From: Lingula anatina
Lineage: Eukaryota > Animalia > Brachiopoda
Assembly (NCBI GenBank): GCA_051362555.1
Contig: CM120640.1
Location: 20,336,001 to 20,400,000 of the forward strand
Length of the DNA stretch: 64,000 nt
Direction: 5' to 3'
The number at the start of each line of letters is the position of its first letter. Positions within the stretch are counted from its first letter, which is position 1. The position numbers and the translations under genes are program-made. A model generated the notes under the pieces. It did not search any database, had not been told where the DNA came from, and saw nothing but the letters and a program-made list of their open reading frames with translations. Shown one piece after another: positions 24,239 through 35,075 of this stretch.

Positions 24239-27200
24239 TTAGTCATATTTTTTATCACCTCTTGGTGGTTTCACTGGATTCATGAATATCCCAAGGGTGG
24301 CATTAAGCAGAGCAGGACCCACCAAAGTTCCACACATCCACAGCACTTGATGCACAGTTAAGGCCTCCAGAGCAGCATGATGATACAGAATCACAAAAAG
24401 CTGTAATACTGGAATCTGGACAGAATAAGAAGGGTAATAATGAATCATGTTGAACTGGTTTAGGTTTTACTATTTTTCATGTTGAAAATAAATTAAATGT
24501 CAAATGCAAATCAATGCTACGTAATCTTTATATCTCTGGAATCAAACCATGCATTCTGGAAAAACTCAAAATAAGGCAAATACCTCATATATATGCTACT
24601 TGCTATGTACAGTCCTGTGATATCACAATTTAATGTCCCAATAATTATAATTATTCAAAAATAGATAAACTAAGCTTAAAGAGTGCAATACAACTTACCA
24701 ATACTCTGCCCAGCAGAACAGCCTGTTTATCCTTGTCATATGTGAACTCTCTGGCTGCCTGAGACAGCAAGGCGCTAGCAATAAGCATGGTACCAAGAAG
24801 GCGAGTGGTGTGCGTGTGGAGACCATCTATTGCAGTATACTAAAATATAAATAAAAAGTATTCAATTAAAGTGTGTAAGCATATATTTTGATTCATCCAG
24901 TAATAGTTTCTAACAAATGAAGTATGAAAACTAAATCACTTACTGGACACTTATTTACATTTGGAACAATTTTGGACAATGAGAAAGTCTATAATATAAG
25001 ATATAAACATAATGGCCAAATTCGTACATTTGTTACATAGTTTAGTAGTTCATGACTCAATTTTAATCCTTTGTTTTTCAAGTTACAAAAAATAAATAAA
25101 TGTAACTTCTGATTATCAGTACAAAAGCATGGATGGATTCAGGATTTGAAAAGGGGGCTAAAACAATACGATACCGTGAATCCACAACTATCAGTAATAA
25201 TATGGTCACAATTACATTCATTCTTCAAATTCTCATTTATATATTTTTTCTTTAGCTCTAAGGTTTTTCTGTACCTAATAACACGATATTTAGAATACAT
25301 CAATTACAGAAAAGATTATTCTTTTTTAACATGGTTAATTCAACCATGTTGTAAAAATTTCCAGTGATGTTCTTCAATGGGTTACCAACTTAATTTTGGG
25401 TGTATATACTCCAAATCACAGGGGAGCAATTGAATACAATCAATGAGCACAAAAAAAAAGGTTCAACCTACTCTAAACAGCTTCAACAGCACAACTTGAG
25501 GGAAAGCCAAGTGTGCAATTCCCAAGAGAAATGTGGCGTAGTAATCAAGTCCTAAGAAAGCATTCATATTTTTACTTCCTCCTTGAATCTGCTCTGGTGG
25601 TCTGTTCAATATGATATGGATAAGGTTACCAAGTAACCAAAGAAGTGTTCCCAGAAAGCCAAAGTACAAGTGCTAAAGGAAAAAAATAACACAGAAAGAT
25701 CACTTCAAAGGAAACAGATACGCCTGTTAATGGCAGCTGAGCTATATTTGTATTAAGCAAACACTTATATCTGAGTTATCTATAACTTAAGCCCAAAAAC
25801 TCCAGATTACACTGTTAAAAGCATGGGCATGAAACATATATTTCAAATTCATTTTAAGGCTATATTCTCATAGATTTTAGATCGATCTATCCCCGCGGGG
25901 AGTCTCACTAGATTACTTTCAGATAATCTGACTTAAATGTCCGTCCCGCCTACTACAAGCTGTAAGGGGGTAATTAACTTTCGTGTCTGCCCGGCTGACA
26001 GCTATTTTGCGTGAACCCCCAGGGAGTTAGGTCGATCTAAAGTAGGTCGATCTAATCTATGGAAATGGGGTGTAAGATAAAAAGACATAGTTTCAAATGA
26101 TCACTTCCTTCTGATGGCTTCTGACAATATAAAGTGATCAATTTGCACTTTTACAGATGTGAAAGCATGTTACCTCATCAGTGAGAGGTGAGTTCTTCTC
26201 CATCACTTGCACATAAAATTTGGAAAGTAGCATACATGATGTTGCCTGAAAAAGAAAATATTTCAAAATGTTATTTCTAGATAAAATCATTTCAACTTTA
26301 CAGAATGAAAAGCATCATTTTCTAAATCTTCATTTACAATCATTATTATTATTTGTTTTGCCACCAGCCGTTCCAGTTTGTGGAAGGAGTGAAGGCTGTT
26401 TCCACCATCACGCTGAGGTAATTCAAACAATCTGTCCTCCCAATTCACAACCTCTCTAAAATCTATGCAACACCTTGTGTATGTGCAATTTTAAATGCAC
26501 TAATGCATTAGATAAATGTTTGCAAAAAATTGATTTTGAATTTGTTTGTATTTTGAAATTCACATACCAAAAGCATCCAGAAAACCTCAAAGCATGAAAA
26601 TTAATTAAAATTGAAAAGAAGCTAAAAAAACAATTTACCAAAACTCTTGATGAGAGGACAGCAGACGACACTCGTTCATCAACAGAATTTCTTGACAAAA
26701 GGTAAAAGACATTGGAGCCCAGGATCACCGTGGCATATATCCGAGTAAGAAACACGTGGGTTGAATCAAAGTCAATATTTGTCTGAAAGCAAAAAATACA
26801 AGAAAAACAAATGAAATCAAATTAAATTAAATGGTCAAATGAGCATATTTAGATCTGCAAATTTCTCCTACTTTAACATTGAAAAAATGTAATGGTCTGA
26901 GAGAAGAGAAATGCTGTTGTAACAATTGCCATATGGTTATTTAATTAACACCAATTGGCAAATACATCTCTGTCATACATCCCAGACAGCCTCAATAATC
27001 TGGCCCACGTCTGGCCCAGATCTGGCAATGTCTGGCAATATCTGGGCCAGATTTTGCCAGACACTTGCCAGATCTGGGCCAAGTCTGGCAAAGTCTGGCA
27101 TTTATGCCACATTTTGCCAGACACTTGCCAGATCTGGGCCAAGTCTGGCAAAGTCTGGCATTTACGCCACATTTTGCCAGATGCTGCCCAGACTTGGGCC

Positions 27201-30200
27201 AGATATGGTACTTTCATTTTCAATTTTTATTTTCTATTTATTTATTTTTTATTGACCAGTGAGCTGAATGCATTGAACTGACGTCATTTGATAAATTTTG
27301 ATTTAATTTATCTCTCTCTTTTTTCTTCAAAGTCCCCTCATAAGTGTGCTATTTGTTTAATTTGACTTGACATTTGAATGAATTCACTGATCTAAAACTT
27401 TTTTGGACTACTCGTTCCGCTGTTGTAAGATTCCGCTTTTTATGCTAAGCCGGTCAAGGACCCGGATGTAGCGTTTCTTAGAGTTATGGATATGAAAAAA
27501 GCACAAGCGTATCAAACTGATACAATTTCGTTGAGTGATTTGATTCGTGGTGCGATTTATTTCGAAGGCATCAACACTGGCGACGAGGATAAACACTAGT
27601 GCAAAACTGTGAGTCAAGTTTCTTTGAAAAAAATGGAGAAAAAATGTGAAATTACGGAATTCGAACCGTACAGAAGTCCGGAGACATTGGGTCACGCTCG
27701 ACGCGATGGCTAGACAGTTTAAACTTTTCGCTGACGGAAAAAGATTGATCTTTTCAAAACCAACGAACGGCATGAATAATGAACAAAGATAGAAAATTAA
27801 AAATACATGACAAAGGAGACGCGCGCTTATGTTGTATTCAGCAGGGACAGGTGTACAACTTACAAGATATTTTCAGGACTCTCCCAAACACAGGTTAGAA
27901 ACATGAATATACATAAGACAGTTAACGCTTTGAATGAAATTGGAACACCAGAAACTGAGTATGATGAAACTGAAGTCATTTGACAAACCAAGCCAGTCTA
28001 AACATTACGAGTTTAGACATGAAAAACGAAGTAGAAACTCCCTGACTGAGAAAACATGGAACGTTGGATCACTTTGCAAAACTCTGCAAAACTGAAACTA
28101 TTATTCATGTAAATGACAGCTTTGAACATGAAAATCCAGGAGTGCATATACATTTGGTGTGGGAACCAATGCACAGAAGACATGGAGGAAATAGAGGAGG
28201 TGTTAATCTCAGTGTATTACCAGATTCAGGTGCATATTGTAATATCATTGATGAAAATACATGGAGAATGCTGAAATCCAAGAAAAATAAATGTGGCTCT
28301 TGTGGAGGACCAGAAAACAAACAGTATTATTCATGTACACGTCTGAGAAACCTTTAAAAGTGAAGGGAACATTTGAATATGACGTAAAGGCAAGCAAAGG
28401 AAGAGACCAGTAGTAGTGAAAGGACATGGGATTTGATATGAGTTGATTAGTTTTGAGAATTTTCAGTGTGGTTTAAGGAATAAAAGTTGGAGTTCATATG
28501 CTATTCTGCAAATGTTTGAAAAGACATTTTAAAGACTGAACTGTCAATTAACATGTTTTGAAAGGACCGTTTCTCTCCAAGAAAGGAAGGGATGTTGTGT
28601 TTGGACTTGACATTTGAATGAACTTTTGTTAACTTGGTAGAGTTACTTGTTCCATTGTTGATTCCTTTAATAATTATAAGCTTGTCAAGGAGGCGGGTGT
28701 ATCATTTCTTAGTGTTATGGATTTGAAAAAAGCGCAAGCATTGCAAACTGGTTCAATTCATTGAGTGATTTGATTCGTGATGTGATTTAATTCAAAAGCA
28801 TTGATACTGGGGTTTGTTTTTGTGCACATGTAATTCTCTTTTAATTGTACATCTATATCTGTGCTGGAGTATACATTTTTTTTTTTCAGAATTTACATGT
28901 ATGTACAGTACTGTAGCCAGCATGCAAGTTGAATTGAAACAGTTACTGCATGGTTATTTATAATTTTGTTATAACTCTCCATCATCTAAAAAAGAATGTT
29001 TTTTCATTCATTATTCAAGATTTATTCATTACAAAACTATATTCATTAGTGATTATTATTATTAATGATATGTTTGAATTAGTTTAAAAATGACAATGTA
29101 TAATATTATTTAGGTTGAGGTGTGCAAAAATATTTCCCCCTCAAATCCCCCCCCCCCCCCATGTACATGCATAATTAATTACAATTTTTGTAATTTGTGT
29201 TAATTCAGATTCGATGAGCAGCTTTGTGTTGAAAAAAAAATTGTTGTTATAACTGTTTTCTTTACATGTATGTAAGTGACATTTCCTCCTGTTAAGTGTC
29301 TGTATATTTGCCTTTTTGCAGTGTGGTTTTTTTTTTTTTTTTTTTTTTCAAACATACAAATTGTTTTGTACAAAAAGACAAGGAGTGGCCCTTAATTTGT
29401 TGCATGTTAGTTGCCAGCAAGGTTATATAATGTGTAATAATTTTGTTTAGGCTTTTAGCACAGAATAAATACTTGAATCTTGAATCTTGTATGTCTTTTT
29501 TTATAGTTATCTTATTGAATAATTAAAAATAATTAAAAAAAGAAAAAAAAAAAACAATCTGGGCCATATGTGGTCCATGTCCGGCCCTAATCTGGCCCAC
29601 ATCCGGCATGCCATACCTTTGCCAGATATTGCCAGATCTGGGCCAGATCTGGCCACATGAGCAAATGTGAAATAAAAAAAAACAATCTGGGCCATATGTG
29701 GTCCATGTCTGGCCCTAATCTGGCCCATTTGAATATGATCTGGCCCATATCTGGCCCACATCTGGCATGCCATACATTTGCCAGATATTGCCAGATCTGG
29801 GCCGACATCTGGCCATATGAACAAATGTGGACTGGGCCAGATCTGGCCCAGACATTGCCACATCTGGCCCACATGTGGCAAGCCATACCTTTTGCCAGAC
29901 ATTGCCAGACGTTGCCAGATCTGGGCCAGACGTGGGCCAGATCACTGAGGCTGTCTGGGATGACATGTATCCTGATAAATCATACAATTCCAATATCCTG
30001 ATTCCATTACAATCCATGCACGCACATTGTACAATGGCACCCTGGATATATAACTAAATGTACAAAGTGACAAGGCTTTCAATAGGTACTTAATTAACAC
30101 TTAGTTAAGGTCTTACTGACTGATAAAATCTGTTATGATTACCTGAGTTTGGAGTAAAACGTGAGGATACACCAGTTTGATCAAGCCAAACACTGTGGTC

Positions 30201-30298
30201 GCAACTAAATCTGTCATAAGCCACGTTCTTTTTGACGTCCACGCCGTCGTGAGAAAGATCAAAATGAAAACCACTGCAATAGTATAAAACATCTCCAT
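24239..30298 (-). CDS. Uncharacterised multi-pass membrane protein, paralog A (296 aa, 6 exons, C-terminal KKYD)
   Basis: Exons 30298-30143, 26782-26639, 26245-26174, 25672-25472, 24839-24699, 24415-24239. All introns are GT-AG and phase 0, the frame is open throughout, and each exon is homologous to the matching exon of paralog B. Confidence 0.88.
25857..26075. mobile_element. MITE-like imperfect inverted repeat in intron 3 of paralog A
   Basis: CATAGATTTTAGATCGATCTA pairs imperfectly with TAGGTCGATCTAATCTATG; interior is GC/CpG-rich. Confidence 0.55.
26981..29959. mobile_element. Non-autonomous CMC/EnSpm-like DNA transposon with long repeat-rich TIRs and a 2-bp TSD (AT)
   Basis: Ends CCCAGACAGCCTCA.T.ATCTGGCCCACGTCTGGCCCAGATCTGGCAA and its reverse complement. 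Arrays of GCCAGA/TCTGGC subterminal motifs at 26981-27210 and 29555-29959. AT immediately outside both ends. Confidence 0.88.
27354..28806 (+). mobile_element. Internally deleted Gypsy (Mag-like) LTR retrotransposon nested in the DNA transposon
   Basis: 5' LTR ~27354-27576 (TG...CA), PBS TGGCGACGAGGAT at 27578-27590, gag traces (RALMLYSAG; zinc-knuckle HFAKLCK), protease motif LPDSGAYCNII, PPT AAGAAAGGAAGGGA before 28593, and diverged 3' LTR ~28593-28806. Confidence 0.85.
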
Positions 30299-30299
30299 C

Positions 30300-31043
30300 T
30301 CAAAGAATATGATACCCGCTGTCTTGTGTAAAGGGGGTCGTATCGTGTAGAAATCTACCAAGTCCTCGTAAATCACAACTACAAGCCTCGTGCGGTCTTG
30401 GTTATTTAACTCTCGGTGCTATTAGCTTGATAATAAAAGAATTTAGTACGTGTAGTTCACGTGTATTACAAAAGCAACGTGAGGTCCTCGGGGAAGTACT
30501 GCATATTAACGCGGGGCTTACATCGATACTCTGTCGTCCCGCATCAGGAATACGTACTCAGCTTAGTAGAGCAGTACTGACGTCATCGGTAAATGTAATA
30601 GTCGATAACTATTTCCGCCCGACGTCCTGGAAATCGCTCTCAGAGCAACACGAGTGGATTTCCACGTCTATTTTAGTTTATAAATGAATGCTGGAAGCGT
30701 TGCGCCGTTGTTTGTACACACGTTAAAAGACATTGTGTTGATTTGGGGTATGAGCCAAATTTATCACATTTTTAATTTCCAAAAAACGGAATACGAAAAC
30801 AGGTCTTTGTGCCATACACCCCTGTCAATACTTTATTGACTCACTGTATGTGCATTCAAGCTGCCGACCTAAAAATAGATGGAATTCCTTGCCTGACGTC
30901 ACGACCGCGAGAGGGCAGCACTAAAAGTTTATGAGCGTCGGATGAAATCAGGCCGCAGCGTGTGACATAATTTGAATTTGCAGCGGGGGAAAACATTAGA
31001 TTAAAACACACTCCAGCGTTTTTATGACCAAAAATCGTTTAAC
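30300..31043. promoter_or_regulatory. Bidirectional CpG-rich promoter between the paralogous membrane-protein genes
   Basis: 745 bp between divergent start codons. Two perfect TGACGTCA (30578, 30894), nine ACGT cores in 30448-30900, and the MEF2 consensus CTAAAAATAG at 30869. Confidence 0.7.
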
Positions 31044-34000
31044 ATGGATACATTAGATTATCTTCGTTCTGCGGGAATGGTGATTGCGTTTTGTGTCACC
31101 GCTTTTAGCGGGAGAAAAAATTGGATGCTCACTGATTTGATTGTGTCCGTTGTCTTTGGAGCTGCATGGTTCATTCTTCCAACGTACACATTGGGATTTC
31201 AGGTAATATTGCTATTAAGTTTAAGTGACAGTGATCAATACGTTATATTAAGATATTTAGGTAACACGATGGTGAACGACCACGATCTGGGGTCTAAGAT
31301 TATGTTAGAAATGAAGGTGTAGGCCTAAGTCGTGTTACACAAAACATGACTGTACAGTAGGGGTTACATAAGGCCAATGGTAAATTCTTTTTTTTAATAT
31401 TTGTTTTCCTTATTATAACTGACAGTGATTGATGGATTTATAAGTGCATGCCCAACATTATGAACAACAGAGGTCCCATGGACTAATACACATTGTTTAT
31501 GATACTTAATATATACATTGTTTAAATTTTTAATTTCTCATACCAGCCTGCATGTGTGGAACTGTATTACACGTTTCCGTAATAATTGATGATCATTATG
31601 TAATTAATATGAATTAAAAATAGACAAAATCAATGCAGATAAAAGAAGTAAAAAAGAAAGGGGGAGGGGGATATTCTACACACCATTAATACAGTAAGTC
31701 AAAGCCTTAGGCTACGTGTACCAAAGTGTGCTGGAAGTCAAAGCTTCATCTAATTCATGAGACCCAATGCAATTTCAGACTGTGGGGAAGTTAAATACAC
31801 TACATGCCCATGTCACAAGGGATTTTGCTGCACACATGCTTTCATCAGCATTTGTATGGTGGAAAACAAGGGAGAGCAGAGATGAAACAGTTCCAGTAAC
31901 TCTCATGACAGGAAGAGTGGTGGTAAGATCACCTTGAAAATAATTTTTTAGCTGATGAAGAGATCAGATTATCATTTGACAGCAGAGTCGAAAATCTTTA
32001 TTTATTTAATTAATTTTTTTATAACTTAACCTATTGATAATTTATCTAAATATATTAGCATACTTTTATTTTGTCAAGTTAAGAATATATTAATGAAGCA
32101 TTTAAAAACTGCCTGATTTAAAAAATCTTTTCCAGGGTAACTCAATTCTTCTGTGTGCCATGGTGTATGCACAGAAGTATGTAGCTGGAAAAGGGGTTTG
32201 GACTGAACAGGTAATTGCTGCATTCAAGGGAGAATTCATACATGGGTTTTTGCTCTGGCTTCCACTCCTAACCCCCAAGTGGGATATCACCCTAAATTTG
32301 TCTCCTCAATTAAAGGGTTACTCCATGGGATTTTCCTGCCAAAATGAATTTTCCTGGGATAAAGAACAGTTTGTCTTACTTGCGAATAATGCTTGACCCA
32401 TTCTTGCACTTGGATTTTCTGTTTATTTCATTTTTTAATTTAATACTTTAGTTAAAATGACTGTCCAGCACTTGACAGATGTCTTTTGTATATATAATAT
32501 ATGACATCTGCTGTCATGTGCATTGCCTCCTTTTCACGCAATTAAATGGCTTGTTGTTTTGTATCTGAACTAATTCATGAATCCTTCATGGTGTAAGTAT
32601 TTTTGTGATTCTATTTAGTCTGTTCCATTTCAGCACATTTGGTTTGGAATGCTGGGCTGTGCCTGCTGGTTGCTAGGGAACTTGATACAGTTGTTGAAAA
32701 CCAAGGACTTTGGTGGAAGTTTCCAAGGGGACACTCGCCTGGACTGGCATCTGAGAATTGACTTCTATATCGTCTTTGTTATTAGTGTAGTGAGATTTGC
32801 CTTTCCAGAGGTTGCACCAGATTTTGTGGTGAGTAAATCATTCTGTTATTTTGATTGAAAGATTATCAAAGACTACTGGCTATTCTCGATTTGACATGTT
32901 ATTGTCCATATTACCCAATTTTGGTTACACACAGCATATTTGAGTTACAAGCAATTACAAACTGATTATATTATTTGCAAATATGCATAATTCAATTTCA
33001 AGTACCTGTGCAAATTTACAAGAAAAGGGGCCTCCATTAAAATTCAACACATTCTCCACACGGAATGCTAAACTGACAGTGATTCTTAAAAAGTGATTTT
33101 GTAATCTTCCCTTTCAGGCCAAGCAGCCCCTTCTCAAGGGAGGCGTGGATGCCATTATCATCCACATGGTGCGTGCCATCAGTGCCTTGAGTATTGGGTA
33201 TTGTATGACAGTGTTCAATGCACCCATGTTCAGATATGATGCAGACAAGAAAGCTGTGCTGCAAGGCAGACTGGTGGTGAGGTTTTGCTTACTTTCTTTT
33301 TTTTTTTCTACCCAAGTTGTAAATCTAAACAAACCTAGATCAGTGATTGGGAAGGAACGCGCCATTGTGCCATACGCGCATAGAATCGTAACTGGGCGCA
33401 TAAAAAGCCGTGTTTGAGCGCCATAAGGGCGCGTGATTTTGTTATACCTCGCGTTTTTAAAAAGAGTCTACTCGTCAATAAAATATTCGTCAACTGATTA
33501 GCGTAATTTTCCTCTCATACCTGAAGACGTCTCAGGAACGAATTCGGAAGCCATCGAACGCAATCGCCGAAGTTTGCCGAGAGCAATGAGCTCATCGTCC
33601 CAATAGATATGCTAATGAAATAAAAGCTGATATCTTATTGGCAAATCAGTTTATAGGTCATGTTTATCCAATTTAGAAGTAACCTTGCTTTTTGTTCTGA
33701 AAGCACATGGGGTTTTTTCAAGCAGCACTTTGATGAAGTGAAAAGAAAAATGCCGCCGAAAAAGGTTTTTAAAAATCTCACCAGACCAGTCACATTAGTT
33801 AGTTTATTTACTTCAACCGCTTCGTCTAAGGGTCCGTCCAACGTTCAGGAAGAAGTCCCAAAGGAGATGGGGGAAGAAAATGTACCAACTTCTGAGAACA
33901 GCGCTCCTTGCACTACGACGAGTAGTAGTGACACTGACAGTAGTGTTACTGCTAGTGCTAGCACCTCTCACTCTCAGGTCGCATGAGGTTTCCAACCCCG

Positions 34001-35075
34001 ATGGCTTCAACTATGGCCCTAGCTCCAGTACGACAGCACCCAAACGAAAATGTTCTGTGAACAGTGTAAGAGTTAAGATTCTTGGGAGTAACATAAGTTA
34101 TGAGGATGCACTGAATGTGTGGCGCAGGAAAAAGAGATTACTTCATTAAGTAATGAAATCTCTTTTCAGTAAGACTGATTAATAAGTACAAGACAGTATG
34201 TGAGGACAATTTCATTTACATTTTCTCAGTTTTGGGTAATCAAGGTTTTCAGAGATCTAGATTGTTTACCTCTTGTTGATGGTTTCATCATATAAAAACC
34301 AATTACTAATGAGTATTACATGTTTTCTGATCATTTTGTTTTTTCATTTAGTCTTCAAATAAGTTTAGTAAAGAAGGCATTGTAATGGTTTTATTGAAAA
34401 AGACAAATAAAAGTCTTAACTAAATAAATATATTAACAAAGTTTAACTGCAAAACCTTATCATATTATTCCCAAAAATATTGATACAGATATTTCAAATA
34501 TATTTGTCATGTTTAAAAATGGCCCATAAATGTCAAGCAATGGCCCATTGATATGCAAAATGGCCCATTAAGGGTGACCCAGGAGGGGCCATTGTCCCAT
34601 GGGTGGTTTGAACCTTCCCAATCACTGCTAGATGTGTATGCTGAGACAGGCTGAAGCTTTTCCCCCTTATTTCTAATTTTTTCACAAATTATGCACTGAA
34701 TTTTGATGTTAGATTATCATTTTATGGCTAACAATATGAGCTTTTGTACTAAAAATATGTGTTGGCCTTTGAATTTAAAAGTTCTGAATTTGTATTTCAA
34801 ATCCACTCCTGTAAAGCGACTTTCTTACAAACTTCTGTTAAAATTCTATTGTTTAAAAATTATGTTTTGATCAAGTTGTCATTTAATCATTCTGCATTAT
34901 ATTCCAGTTGGGGCTGATAATGTGGCTGTTATTGCTGTGGGAAGTGTACAAGGGCATGTTGAGCTTCCAGGCTGTGGCAATCGTAATGCTGGCTCAATCT
35001 GTTATTTTCATAAACGCAGCTGCAGGGGGATTCTTCTATACTCGCCCCGTACCTCCCAGCCTTAAGAAGAATTGA
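31044..35075 (+). CDS. Uncharacterised multi-pass membrane protein, paralog B (299 aa, 6 exons)
   Basis: Exons 31044-31202, 31779-31922, 32136-32210, 32634-32828, 33118-33276, 34908-35075. All introns are GT-AG and phase 0. Motifs shared with A: W.[ML]TDL...VFG, WLLGNLI, AFP.V, Y..DK.AVL.GR. Confidence 0.88.
33341..34627 (+). mobile_element. Internally deleted hAT-superfamily transposon (TTF zinc-finger transposase remnant), 15-bp TIRs, 6-bp TSD
   Basis: TIR CAGTGATTGGGAAGG / CCTTCCCAATCACTG with CTAGAT on both flanks; subterminal GCGCCAT/ATGGCCCAT repeats. Relic ORF MPPKKVFKNL...*GFQPRWLQLWP/LQYDSTQTKMFCEQCK joined to a C-terminal-like YEDALNVWRRKKRLLH*. Confidence 0.85.

Noticed and set aside
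26926-30057. Overlapping ORFs on both strands, and a CRISPR-like appearance of the GCCAGATCTGGC arrays
   Set aside because: These are subterminal repeats of a DNA transposon. There are no unique spacers or cas genes, and the context is eukaryotic.
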